This document shows positions 37,578-50,905 of a stretch of 64,000 nucleotides of DNA, piece by piece. The stretch spans positions 49,409,162 to 49,473,161 of the forward strand of contig NC_068992.1 of assembly GCF_001194135.2 (NCBI RefSeq), in the 5' to 3' direction. Source of the DNA: Octopus bimaculoides. Lineage: Eukaryota. Within the stretch, counting starts at the first letter, position 1, and every line of letters starts with the position of its first letter. The notes under the pieces were generated by a model. It was not told where the DNA came from, ran no database searches, and saw only the letters and a list, made by a program, of their open reading frames with translations. Made by a program: the position numbers and the translations under genes.

Positions 37578-38631
37578 CATATATACTCCTTTATGTATAT
37601 ATATACCTTTATGTATATGAACGGAACGGATATTGTTGCTAGATTTATAGTTGCTTCAATCAAAAGAAACAACCTTTTCCGAAGAGAATATATTTATTTA
37701 TTCTAACTTCAAACCAAATCATGAAGGAAATGCAACTTACTGTCGCTGCATTACCATGAAATGAAACCCGATGCAACAGTGAGAAATGATTCTGAAATGA
37801 GTTGATCTATTACCTCTGTGCATAATTTGTTACGAATCATGGATGACACAGCTCAGACAATCTGTGCTTTACATTTCCTCTGTGTGAATATGAGATTCAC
37901 TAATGACTAAGACAGGCAGTATAAGGTGTTATAATCACATCACAACACTTCAAATAAACTAATGTAAATTGTGTTGTTTAGAATATTGCCGCTATGGAAA
38001 AGGTGAGCTGCCGGCAAGGCAACCGAGACAGCAATTCGGTTTCAGTTCACGCTCGAAGTCAAATCTCTTCACTCGTATCATAATGTGTCCCTGGAGAAGG
38101 CATGAACACCACTGTATGCCATGTTATCCGTTCTTAGAATAGCGAAAAATGTTTTTCTTTTTGTCTTTACAAAACGCAAACCCTGTATTCTTGGCTGGGT
38201 GTAATGGCAGAAATGAAAGAATACGGGATTTGATAGAATCTCATAACTTTTACTTGTTTCAGTCATTGGACTGCAGCCATGCTGGGGCACCGCCTTGAAG
38301 GTTTTAGCTGCACAAATCGACCCCAATACTGTTTTTGTAAGCTTGGTACGTTTTCTAAAGGTCCCTTGTGCCGAACCGCTAGGTTACCGGAATGTGGGCA
38401 AACCAACAGCAGTTGTCAAGCGGCGGTGAGAGACATACAAACACCCACCCACCCACACACAGAGACACACTCAGGGACTGTGTAGAAGACACATGCCCAA
38501 GATGCCAGACATTGGGTCTGAACTCACGAAAAAAACAAGTGGTTGGGAAGTAAACATCTTAGCACGCGCAAATTTGCAGTTCTAACGTTTCTGAGTTCAT
38601 TTATTACTCGAGACAATAACATTAGCACCCA

Positions 38632-38679
<48 letters not shown>

Positions 38680-38722
38680 GATCTATCTATCTCTCCACCT
38701 GTGTGTGTGTGTGTGTGCGTGT

Positions 38723-38771
<49 letters not shown>

Positions 38772-39355
38772 CACGCATGCGTGTGTTGTGAACGAATTGT
38801 ATGAGTTGTACTTCATTTAAAGATCGTCTAATAATACGTTTCAGCTGCTATATGACTTAACTTTCATCTTACTTTTGTCCGTTTGCTGGCTCCATCTTAC
38901 AGTTTGAGTTGACCGATAGGAAGAAACTTTCTTGCATCATTCAGTAACGGTTAACTTCCTTTAGAAATAATGGATATTTCACCGCTAAGACAGTGTCTCA
39001 ATAATCAGATGGCTTTTTACGTCTTTGAAACGTTGTCTTATGACACGTTTGAAACATAAACTGTTAACATAAACTAGCGAAACTCGTGAATATTTCACAG
39101 AATTAATGATTAACTTATTCGGTTATTTCTGAAAACGTAGCCTGTGTTGTGTTAGTATCAAAAGATAGTCGATCATCTGCTACTCATTAAAAAGTGAAGG
39201 AAATTAGAATACGATGATTATTTAATACATTTTATTTTCCACTTTATATACTTCATGTACAATTTTATAGACTTAGTACACAACACTCTCCCTCTCACAC
39301 TTCGCCTTACCTTATTTTTCTCTCTCCTTTTTCTCTCACTTTTCACCTTTCACTT

Positions 39356-39386
<31 letters not shown>

Positions 39387-39389
<3 letters not shown>

Positions 39390-39530
39390 AGAATTCACAA
39401 GAAAAAAAATAAAGACGAAGACAGGTGGTGTAGATAACATAACGCTCGGGAAGTGAAAAAGTCTTTAACGTTTCGAGCCTACGCTCTTCCACAGAAAGGA
39501 ACACAGAAAGAAACAAGGAGAAAAGAAAAA
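39387..39530 (-). mobile_element. Penelope-like terminal repeat fragment, copy 2
   Basis: Homologous to 4211-4370. Confidence 0.5.
39462..39498 (-). ncRNA. minimal type-I hammerhead-like motif, copy 2
   Basis: Minus strand reads CCUUU-CUGUGGA-A-GAGC(GUAG)GCUC-GAAA-C-GUU-AAAGA. Confidence 0.6.
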
Positions 39531-40099
39531 GAATGTGTAGTGGCTAGCGATATACATTTATGTGTGTATATATGTGAGTGTGTGCGTGCGCGTGCGTGTA
39601 ACTAGACTAATTGGCGGAGTCGTAGAGCACTGTATAGAATGCCCTGAGAGTCTTTGCACCAGTTATACAGTGCTCTAAGTTCAAATCTCACTGACGTTAC
39701 CTTATGCTCTATAGGCACAGGCGTGGCTGTGTTGTAAGAAATTTGCTTCCCAACCACATTGTTACAGGTTCAGTCCCACTGCGTGACACCTCAGACAAAT
39801 ATCTTCTGCTCTAGTCTCGGATTGCCCGAAGCTTTGTGAGTGAATTTGGTGGACAGAAACTGAAAAAAGCCCGTCTTATATGTATGTATGTATGTATGTA
39901 TACATGAATGTATGTATGTATGTATGTATGAATACATGTATGTATGTATGTATGTGCGTATGAATGTATACACGCGCAGTCATACAACCACAAGAATCTG
40001 ACAGATTTTGTTTCTGTCAATTTAACTTCGCTCATAAGTTTCTCCAAGAGCTGGCATATGATTAGAGACGATCCAACCATGAACATCTCATCAGTGTGT

Positions 40100-40195
<96 letters not shown>

Positions 40196-40804
40196 CACAT
40201 ATGTAGGACTAGATTTTTCAATGTTATGTATCGTTCTTCGTTAAGAAAGGGTCGGCAGGATGTGATTTGTAGAATATCTATGCACGCGCAAGCTGTAGCC
40301 AATAAACAATGAGGACGACGACGACGACGACGACGACGATGATGATGATGGTGGCTGCTATTTCTAGACGATCATGCAATCGCATAGGCATCTCCTCGCT
40401 GGTTCTGAAAAACATTTCAAAGAAATCTCTTAAAGAACACAAGGACCAATGTTCTAGAAAAGTGTTTCCTACTATAACTCATGTCTATGCCTATCTGAAG
40501 TAAATCATCCATTCTGTATTCCTCACCAAACCTGTTATAGGTGCCTTACGGTATATTTAACTACAACATATCAGTTTTCGAAACAATATATTCCTTCAAA
40601 AACAACGCATTACAAATTACTCATTTCCGAGCCTGATTCAAAGAAGACTCATCACAGATTCTGTATAATTCAACATGACTAATTAAACAACATATGAACT
40701 AATGCAAGTAATACTTCATGTTTTCCTGTGTGGTAATGGTGGGTCTAGTGGTGGTGGTTTTGGCGGCGGCGGCGGCAGTGGTAGTGTAGTGGTGCGTGCA
40801 TGCG

Positions 40805-40836
<32 letters not shown>

Positions 40837-43800
40837 NNNNNNNNNNNNNNNNNNNNNNNNNNNNNNNNNNNNNNNNNNNNNNNNNNNNNNNNNNNNNNNN
40901 NNNNNNNNNNNNNNNNNNNNNNNNNNNNNNNNNNNNNNNNNNNNNNNNNNNNNNNNNNNNNNNNNNNNNNNNNNNNNNNNNNNNNNNNNNNNNNNNNNNN
41001 NNNNNNNNNNNNNNNNNNNNNNNNNNNNNNNNNNNNNNNNNNNNNNNNNNNNNNNNNNNNNNNNNNNNNNNNNNNNNNNNNNNNNNNNNNNNNNNNNNNN
41101 NNNNNNNNNNNNNNNNNNNNNNNNNNNNNNNNNNNNNNNNNNNNNNNNNNNNNNNNNNNNNNNNNNTATATATATATATATGTATATATGCTTATATATA
41201 TATATACATATTTATAGGCCATATATACGCATGTAAGTAAATTTGTTACGTGGGTGAGCTTGTGTGTATGTGATATTCAGCGTGTGTATATGTATGTATA
41301 TGTGTCTATATTTAGACCAGTCAAAAATGTTAAGGTCGTGTCCACTGCTGTCTTCTCTACATCCTTTCGACAAACACTTATCAATAAATGAAGCACGATA
41401 TTAAAGTATGTTACCAGAATCGATATGATCGACTTACAAAACCCCTAGAAAGTGGCGACCTAGGAAGGCCGCAGTCCACTTCTTAAAGCATGTATCACTT
41501 TTCTAATGCCTGGTTCCAATTTCGTGCATGCACGTCGTAAAGAAAACGATGCCAATTCTCTTACTTATGCCTTCTATATCGTTTTGATTTCAACAAGTAA
41601 GTGTATACTCAATATCTGATCGTTAAATATTTTCCCCTATAGACAGGAACACAGAATTTTTGACATTTGTTATTTAAGACCACACTTCTTCAATTATATT
41701 TAGTTGATAGACTAAATAACACCCGATCTAACGTAACACTTAAGCATGGTATCAAAAGTAACATATATTCACTGTAATTTAGACAAAACGACTACTGTCA
41801 GCCATTTTACGCGTTAATAAAAGTAAACTTGACACTTTGGCGTCTTCATTCTTTTCGAGCTGCTAAATCGTTTTAATACATACGTAGACGCATACATACA
41901 AACATACATACATGCGTAAATAAATGCACACATACATACTTGCATACATATATACATACATATAAACCCAAATACATACACACATACATTTTTTCATTTA
42001 TTCTTTTAGTGGTTTAAATCACAGGACTGCGATCAAGCTGGAGCACCGCCTTATTATTATTTATATTTATTTATTAGCATTATATTACTATGTTTTCTTC
42101 TAAAGTTTCGCTGAAGTTTTATGGCTGGAAGTTGATCTACAGCTGCGTGTAAATTTTCATAGTTGGCTGGTCTGATATTTTCTCGAATGCTTCGATATAG
42201 NNNNNNNNNNNNNNNNNNNNNNNNNNNNNNNNNNNNNNNNNNNNNNNNNNNNNNNNNNNNNNNNNNNNNNNNNNNNNNNNNNNNNNNNNNNNNNNNNNNN
42301 NNNNNNNNNNNNNNNNNNNNNNNNNNNNNNNNNNNNNNNNNNNNNNNNNNNNNNNNNNNNNNNNNNNNNNNNNNNNNNNNNNNNNNNNNNNNNNNNNNNN
42401 NNNNNNNNNNNNNNNNNNNNNNNNNNNNNNNNNNNNNNNNNNNNNNNNNNNNNNNNNNNNNNNNNNNNNNNNNNNNNNNNNNNNNNNNNNNNNNNNNNNN
42501 NNNNNNNNNNNNNNNNNNNNNNNNNNNNNNNNNNNNNNNNNNNNNNNNNNNNNNNNNNNNNNNNNNNNNNNNNNNNNNNNNNNNNNNNNNNNNNNNNNNN
42601 NNNNNNNNNNNNNNNNNNNNNNNNNNNNNNNNNNNNNNNNNNNNNNNNNNNNNNNNNNNNNNNNNNNNNNNNNNNNNNNNNNNNNNNNNNNNNNNNNNNN
42701 NNNNNNNNNNNNNNNNNNNNNNNNNNNNNNNNNNNNNNNNNNNNNNNNNNNNNNNNNNNNNNNNNNNNNNNNNNNNNNNNNNNNNNNNNNNNNNNNNNNN
42801 NNNNNNNNNNNNNNNNNNNNNNNNNNNNNNNNNNNNNNNNNNNNNNNNNNNNNNNNNNNNNNNNNNNNNNNNNNNNNNNNNNNNNNNNNNNNNNNNNNNN
42901 NNNNNNNNNNNNNNNNNNNNNNNNNNNNNNNNNNNNNNNNNNNNNNNNNNNNNNNNNNNNNNNNNNNNNNNNNNNNNNNNNNNNNNNNNNNNNTATTACT
43001 TTAACGATTGCTTAGCTTTAAGGACCCGAAATCACTAAATATATTTTTCATAACATCGAATTTGTAGAGATGATTTAAAGACAGATAAAATAATACCAAA
43101 GGTTACATTTCCACTTAAGAACAGTTGCCAAGTTAATGTAATTATATATTTTTAAAAAAATGCAATCTATTTCTAAGTAAGACCGAGTAGAATAATTAGT
43201 TCATATTTTCATGGAACCATCATTGTACGTCGTAATATGCCATGTAATATAGCATCTCCAGGAATGTTTTCTTGTAGTCAAGTTAAAGAAAACATATGTT
43301 AAATCATTAGTTACTTCACTGAAATAGACGACACATGTATAAATGTTCATCCAGCTGTGAATATAAACGCCAGTTCAACTTTCGTTCTTTGATATAGACT
43401 TAACGATTCCTTATCTAAGAAGATAAAGGTTATGTATATTTCATAACTTATCACATTACGTGGATTGCAACTTATTGCCATCTAAGGGTGAACCTGAAAG
43501 GAAAGAAGGAAGCGGCTTCCTTCAAGTTTAAACTACTGCCTATGAGTGTGCGTTCTAATTTCTTCATTTTACGAAAAATATAGTTTTTTAAAGAAAGAAG
43601 ATAATAATCTTGAATCGAGACGATTAATAAAACAAAATAGAGATATCATTTAGAATCAATATCTTGGTTTCAAATATCGACACAAGGCCAGCAGATGTTG
43701 GGGAACGACCCTGAAAGGATGAAAGGTAAGTCGACTGAGGCGGAATTTGAACAATTCTGCCAGCTCACCGCCTTATTTCAAATTTTGGCACAAGGCCGGT

Positions 43801-44085
43801 AATTTTAGGGGAGGAAGGATATTTGTGGTTTTCGTCACTATTTACAATAAAAAAAAAACTCATGTATCATATAAATGTAATTTTTGACGCTGAATCCGAA
43901 TTTGTTATTCATTTATTCCAGAAAAGTGTTACAAGTGTCCAAAGTTTGATAATTTTCAGAATTTTCAGCCAATCAGAAAACAGCGCATTCGCTGCATCTT
44001 CCATCATCGAGAGGGGGGAAGGGGTGATATCAGCATGTCAAAACATTGAACTAGCTGCAGTAAACTGGAAAACATGAAATTATTC

Positions 44086-44390
44086 GCGAGCAAATTAAAC
44101 ATTTAAAAGCCACGAACAAACCAACCGGAGTTGCTAGAAATAACAGTCAAGACATTAGAATATATACGAGCAGAGTCAATATTAGAACATCCGCGAGCAA
44201 ATTAAATATTTAAAAGCTACGAACAAACCAACAGGAGTTGCTAGAAATAACAGTCAAACATTAAAATATGCACGAGCAAAGTAAACAATCAAAACAGTGA
44301 AAAACATTCGTGAACAAATTAAATATTTAAAAGTTATGAGCAAAACCAACAAGAGTTTCTAGAAATAACAGTCAAAACATTGCTTAAAAC
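44086..44390. repeat. tandem repeat, about 3 units of 107-117 bp
   Basis: Units start at 44086, 44193 and 44310. They share CAAATTAAA(C/T)ATTTAAAAG and CTAGAAATAACAGTCAA. Confidence 0.9.
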
Positions 44391-44443
44391 AGACATTTAT
44401 TAGTTTAATATATATATATATATTTGCATGTATTACGTATGTG

Positions 44444-44475
<32 letters not shown>

Positions 44476-45519
44476 CATGCGTGTATGTATGCATGTATGT
44501 ATGTGTTATACAAAAAAATGTACATACGTATGTATGCTTTTACATGCTTGTCGTTTAGTTCTTGAGAAAGAGCGTCGATTGAAAGGACTTAAAGAGAGAG
44601 AAGAATAGAAGTATAAAAGCGACATATCAGAAAGACAGAAAGGAAAATGTAAACGCTGCCAGTGAGAGAGAAAAAGGGGAGAGAGACAGAGAGAAAGAAA
44701 GAGGGAGAGAAAGTTAGAAAGAAAGGTAGGGTGAGAGGAGGAAACACACAGGCAAAAAAGTAGATAGATTGACAAACTGAGAAAATGTAGCAAACACTAG
44801 TGCCAACGATATATTCTATCACGTGATCAAATGCGATTTATCACGTGACGAACAGAAAGGAAAACAATACTAAAGTGTTAGATATGTTTTATGGAATGTA
44901 TCATGTTTGCTAAAAGCAAATAAAGGATATGTATTGAGAAAGGAAAAGAAAACTGTGTCAATAAACCACTCAACAGAGCTATGTAATGGCCCAGTAAAAT
45001 AAGTTTACAAGTATATCAAATTCAGACATGTAACTCTGTGTACTACAGAAATGATGTTGAATTTCTCTGCCTTATACATAAAGACCTTGCCATCTTGTCT
45101 TGCGTTCTCAACTCAACATGGAGTTGTAGAGGTGCTGTCGTAATGTGCAGCGTAGTTTGGACCTTCTCCAGCCAATTTCTTTCAGAAGGAGAAACAGAGA
45201 GACACAAAGAAAGAAAAAAAAAGAAAGTAAAAAAAGAGAATAATTTATTTCTGTATAAGACCAGTACTTTATTTATCGTCCTCTGCGATAGTTGAACTTA
45301 GAGTGCTAAGAGGCGAGAAAGATTACCACAGTAATCTACCCGACGATCTAACGACTTTGCCAGTTGACCATCTTATGCATACATACATACATACATACAT
45401 ACATACATGCATACATACATACATACATACACACATACACACATACATACATACATGAGGATACATATATAAAACAAAGCATACAAATCTGCACGTGCAT
45501 TGACTCCAAATACTGCACA

Positions 45520-46235
45520 TATACATACATGGTGGTTGTTTACTCCTTATGCAGTGTCTGTCCACCTCTTGTACCTACACCTTAGATCCATCATGGCGTC
45601 TGATGTGGCTTTTTAAACCAGACAATGTTTTGAAAAGACACCCACATATATTGCAAATCCGATTTGGACCACCAAGAGCTGCTGTTAAGTTCTGATCTTT
45701 GTGGATCTTAAAATGTTTTTTGCAGACCTTATGGCATATATGGCATTGAAAAGTGTGCACAGATATATATATATAGGAAGAATAATTAATAGAGGATAGT
45801 TTTTCATGGGTCCGCAAATGAGATTTGAGCCCAGTAAAAGAAAGGCATGGTCTGCCACAAACTATGCAAACGAAAAGGTCATTGTGGTTCAACTTCTCGA
45901 TCGGAACATTCTTCTTTAAACCTCTCTTGAGTCTTGCATGCGTTATCCTGGCCTCTTCAAACGCTTTCGCTCCACTTCATACTTTTGTTCGCCATCCAGC
46001 TCGATCCGAAGCAAAGGTTTCTATGTCCTCTGGATCCATTCCAAGTGACTTCCCGGTAGTCCTTAAACCTCTTTTTAGGTTTTTACCGATAGCGTTTCCC
46101 CTCTGCAAGCTCACCATAAAACAGCTGTTTGGGTGTGCGTTCATCCGCCATTCGAACAATATGGCCAGATCATCTCATTTGGTTTTTCAGAATCATTGCT
46201 TTAATTGAAGTGATTCCTGCAGATGCAAGGTCATG
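45520..46235 (-). mobile_element. RTE-clade LINE 3' end encoding three C2H2 zinc fingers
   Basis: QMR*SGHIVRMADERTPKQLFYGELAEGKR...SDRAGWRTKV leads into CIVCGRPCLSFTGLKSHLRTH, CHICHKVCKKHFKIH (6 aa short) and CNICGCLFKTLSGLKSHIRRH. Confidence 0.9.
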
Positions 46236-47069
46236 TGTGTTTGGAGTAAAAAAAAACACACCATTTAATGTTTAAAATGCAAGGAAGGTATTTTTGGTGG
46301 AATTGTTCTAACAATTTGAAATGTCTTTCATAACTCCATGTTTCAGAAGAATACAACAGGGATGGTAAGACAAACGATTTGTATTTGCGCTGACCTTTGA
46401 ATTCACAGATGTATTTCTGTGTTCAGATTTCCATCATTTCGTGCAGAGCTCCCAAGGTAGATGAAAGAATCAATAACCTCAAGTAACTTGCCCTTAACAA
46501 AAATGTTTATATATACATGTATGCAAACGTGTTTACGTACGTACACGCACACACAGACACAGGCACAAACACAGACATACTTATATAAGTGAAACTAACG
46601 ACAAGGCAGTAAGTATAAAATTTGCAAGTTTTTCTCTTTAATACATTAAAGATTAAAAGATTACGAGGATTAAAAGTCATCTTTTTAATCCCTTAAAGAC
46701 CACCCAGGGGTTTTAACGAAATAATTCTTTTGAACATGCCTAATGCTGTTCAAGGTTTGCTTTTATTACCGTTATTGCTGCTGTTTTTGTTATTGTTGTT
46801 GTAGTTGTTATTGTGGTGGTGGTGGTGTAGTTGTTGTTGATGTTCTTTATACCAATCACGCAGTGCCAGTTTAAATCCGTAATCAGAGCACCAAACACTA
46901 ATGTGCCGGTAAGCTTTACAATTGGAACTATAAACCTCGACAAAGTAACAGCACAAACCAATATTTAGTGAAACGTAAATGCAGATATCATATGCAAAAT
47001 ATTAAGTGCAAAATCACACTGGTCCAAATGTCCAAAGATCGGACAGATTGTGTTCGCATAATGGACTTC

Positions 47070-47229
47070 ATCCCCACATGTTTGAGATGGGCTTCGGGCT
47101 CAATTTAGACGGCTATGACCCTGGTCAATTCCTGGCTGGAGACCCTGGTCAATTCCTGGCTGGAGAGGGTTGCTGATAAAAAGACATATGTGTGGCAGCA
47201 GGATTTGGCTCATTGCCATACGTCCAGAA
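47070..47229 (+). mobile_element. maT (DD37D-type) transposase fragment with an internal 24-bp tandem duplication
   Basis: MFEMGFGLNLDGY...WLERVADKKTYVWQQDLAHCHTSR. Perfect duplication at 47117-47140 and 47141-47164. Confidence 0.75.
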
Positions 47230-47282
47230 CATACACACATACATACATTCATGCATACTTACTTGCATCTACATGTGTGTGT

Positions 47283-47514
47283 TATTTCTTTACTACCCAC
47301 AAGGGGCTACACACAGAGGGGACAAACAAGGACAGACAAACGGTTTAAATCGATTATATCGACCCCAGTGCGTAACTGGTACTTATTTAATCGACCCCGA
47401 AAGGATAAAAGGCAAAGTCGACCTCGGCGGAATTTGAACTCAGAACGTAGCGGGCAGACGAAATACCGCTAAGCATTTCGCCCGGTGTGCTAACGGTTCT
47501 GCCAGCTCGCCGCC
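47283..47514 (-). mobile_element. full-length family B SINE, long-tail variant
   Basis: Matches 14482-14716 end to end. Confidence 0.93.
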
Positions 47515-48056
47515 ATTGTGTGTATGTGTGTGTATGCGTGCGTGCGTGTGTGCGTGTGTAATGCAATTACAACAACGATGTAACTATATCAACGAGGTGA
47601 AGCCGTCGTGATTGCGCTGTCGCTGTTCTGGTGTTGGTGCTGAAGGTTGTAGTCGTAGGGGTGGGGATGCAAATTTGGAAAAGAAGCATCAAAAGACGAA
47701 ATGTGAAACTTCAAACTATCTTCTACATAATGTGTAACCAAGAACCTATGGTATCATTGACTAAGTAAACTACTGGCATATTACAAACGTAGAAAGCTGA
47801 CAAGGTTGTTTTGCAAAAACCTTGAATAAATCTACTGCAACTTCAACGTAGACAGTACAGTAGTCACTGGAAGAGGAACACCAGCAAAATATCAAGTTAA
47901 ATTCTGCAGAAAGTCTGTATATAGAAGGGAAAAGTGAGGAGTTAAATAAGATTGTTTTGTGCATGGGGAAAACGAAAGCAGAAATACCGAAAAGGCACTG
48001 AACAACAGGTGGGCGTTATAAATGACATAGTAGCAAATTGTCGTTTAAAATCATCT

Positions 48057-48112
48057 AATTGCAAATGAGCACAATCCAGTTGTAAATTGCAAATAAGTGC
48101 AATCCAGTTGTA
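48057..48112. repeat. 28-bp tandem duplication (3 mismatches)
   Basis: AATTGCAAATGAGCACAATCCAGTTGTA / AATTGCAAATAAGTGCAATCCAGTTGTA. Confidence 0.9.
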
Positions 48113-48392
48113 GTTGTGTGATATTCTGCGTCCAACTGAGCTGCTACGTTAGATATTTTTATTCTGATAAAAAGTCATTTAAAAAATAACTTATGTGTGT
48201 AATTTGCTAAAAATTTTGCAGAAACGTGTTAATATGATTAGGCATCTGAAGTAGGGGTGTTCTCTGTATGTGTTTTTGTTCTTTCGTTGTCTCTCTCTTG
48301 TTAACCATTGCTGTAGGTCCTAAGATGAGAAGCTCTACTTCTAATCCGAGTAATTTTATTGTTGCCTATTTTTCATGCAGGAAGGAGTTTTG

Positions 48393-48990
48393 TATCAGGT
48401 TGAGTAAAAAGTAAGCAACGTTTTGAACCAGGAAGAATTTACACCGGATTTAAGTAGAGTTTTGAATTTTTTTAAACATATTTTTGCAATTGTTTGATAG
48501 TAAAGACATAGACTGGCCAAAATGCATCAATAAATTAACATTGATATTTTTTTCACCGTTGTTACAATAATCTGAAATGGAACTGTCAAAGCGCGATATT
48601 CGAGCAATTTTGCTATTCAACTTCGAAAGCAGCTGAAACTGCTCGCAATATCAACGAAACGCTTGGTAAGGAAATGGCCAGTGAGTGGTCAGCTCGGATA
48701 TGGTTTAAACGATTTCGCAGTGGAGACCTGAGCCTTGAAAATCGTGAGCATTGTGGATGCCCATCTGTCATCAATGACGGTCAATTAAAGACCGTCATTG
48801 AGAAAGATCCACGTAAAACCACTCAAGAACTAGCAAAAGAACTTCAAGGTAGCCAGAAAACTGCTTGCAACTATTTGCATGCGATCGGAAAATCAAAAAG
48901 CTCGACACATGGGTGCCAGATGATTTGAATGAAAATTAGAAAATGCGCAGATATGAAATTTACTCGTCGCTTCTTCTCCGTAACCAGAAT
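48393..48990 (+). mobile_element. mariner (Hsmar1/cecropia-like) left TIR and transposase 5' half, decayed
   Basis: TA|TCAGGTTGAGTAAAAAGT TIR. ATG at 48577 gives MELSKRDIRAILL...AAETARNIN...WFKRFRSGDLSLE...TTQELAKEL...KLDTWVPDDL. Confidence 0.92.
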
Positions 48991-49259
48991 AAGACGATAA
49001 GTACTATATATAGTTGTTTAATTTTTCCATGCAATATGACGGGCATGTCGGTTAGATGTGCCCGTAGGACTGAGGCCTTACAGTGAACACCAGGCTGTTT
49101 TAATAAAACGTCAGAAATATAGATACGGAGAAATGTCACGGTGACCTAATCTGTATGAAATGCAGCTTGATGGGCAACAGGAAGATTAAACTTACTTCCA
49201 TAAATGCAAACATACATGTGCATACGTACATATATAAAATCTACATTTACGTCATATAC

Positions 49260-49287
49260 ACTAGCAGAAAAGCCGGCCTCCGGGCAG
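49260..49287 (-). mobile_element. Helitron-like 3' terminus
   Basis: Minus strand reads GCCCGG-AGG-CCGGC hairpin, then TTTTCTGCTAG|T. Confidence 0.3.
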
Positions 49288-49751
49288 TTTTCCTGGTACT
49301 CGCTAAATAATACTTACGCATGTAATTATCTAATTACCAATCTCTGTAATTTTTCTGTTACATCTACTTTCCTTTTATATCCTTTATTCCTCACTTATTC
49401 TTAAAATATTTCTTTCATCATTTTATCAGTCTTAATCTCTTTCTTTTAAACAAACTCAAAGGTAGTTCATCCTCTACGTGGCCATTTATTACGCTAGAAA
49501 TAGCTTATAATATGTTCTAGCAGAGATAAAATGCTAACGCCTGCCATTGTAATGGCCAGTACAATTTTAGACTGGTTATGTTAGTTTCTCATGCCTACGG
49601 AACTTTAAGTTGCATGGAACCGAATCAAACTATTATTAATCAATATGAATGTGCTAATATAATATAACATAATATAGTGTAATATAATAACTTCATATAT
49701 ATGAAATAAATGTTTTCTTCTCAAGCTATGTCAGGCTCATTAGCGCCGATT

Positions 49752-49867
49752 ACCTGGATTCAGTGGCAAATACATTCCCCAGCTGGTTGGGATGCCAATC
49801 CGTCGTAGGGTTACTTATTTTTGCCAGCTGAGTGGACTGGAGCAACCTGAAATGAAGTGCTTTGCTC
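49752..49867 (-). mobile_element. family D SINE internal fragment
   Basis: Reverse complement of TTTCA.GTTGCTCCAGTCCACTCAGCTGGCAAAAAT...CAGCTGGGGAA. Confidence 0.85.
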
Positions 49868-50386
49868 TGGCAAAATTGAAAAAAAGCTAGTTGCCTTAAT
49901 TTTGGGGCACCCTGTACATATATATANNNNNNNNNNNNNNNNNNNNNNNNNNNNNNNNNNNNNNNNNNNNNNNNNNNNNNNNNNNNNNNNNNNNNNNNNN
50001 NNNNNNNNNNNNNNNNNNNNNNNNNNNNNNNNNNNNNNNNNNNNNNNNNNNNNTATATAACGTTAGCATCGCTAAATGGTTTACAATTTTCAGTGTACCA
50101 TTTCATACGACTCGATGTTATTATTCTTTAGTTCCAACACTGTTTTGGATTTGTGTCTTTGGTTTTGATTTTCATTTTACAACGTTATTAGATTTTTTTC
50201 TCTCTCTAGTTCTGCATATTCCAGGTTCTTATGATTAATATAATGCCGATGTGCGTTATATTTCTTCTCCCTTGATATACTGCTGCATTAAAAAGCCAAC
50301 AACTTATTTTATCTTTTTGAGAAGAAACAATGTAAAACTGTAATTTCCAATCACCATTAAAAAGAAAAAATGTTTTTTTTCATCAG

Positions 50387-50436
50387 GACTCTTTTGATCT
50401 TTTGCGACATTTTGACGTAAGACCGAAAGACATGAG
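50387..50436 (+). CDS. candidate exon DSFDLLRHFDVRPKDM
   Basis: Acceptor TTTTTTTTCATCAG. Two strong alternative donors (GTAAGA at 50417, GTATGA at 50437). Only phase 0 is open across all 50 nt. Confidence 0.25.
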
Positions 50437-50709
50437 GTATGAATCATAAAACACTCTGAAGCAATGAGACTACCAGCAACATATTCAGCATCGGATTACG
50501 AACTGACATCAAATAAAGGAAACACGACGTAAATAACTGGTGCAGCGTTACCAAATACTTGTTGCACTATAAATCTGGTTCAGCTTAGCGGGGTTTCATG
50601 TGTTTTGTGCTAAACATAAACTTTCTATATTAATAGTATTAATAGAAGTCATTTTTTATAGATAGTTTTGTAAATATTTAATAGCATTAGAATAAATATA
50701 ATTCTCTCT

Positions 50710-50905
50710 GCAATAGATACAAGGCCTGAAATTTTGGTAGAAGGGGGCTAGTCGATAACATCGACCCAGTGATTAACTGGAATTTAATTGATCGAATCCG
50801 AAAGGATGAAAGGCAAAGTCCACCTCGGCAGAATTGGAGCACAAAACATAAAGACGGACGGAATGCCATCAAGCATTTTGTCCGGTGAGCTAACGATTCT
50901 GCCAG
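50710..50905 (-). mobile_element. family B SINE
   Basis: Conserved AAAGGATGAAAGGCAAAGTC.ACCTCGGC.GAATT body. Confidence 0.85.
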
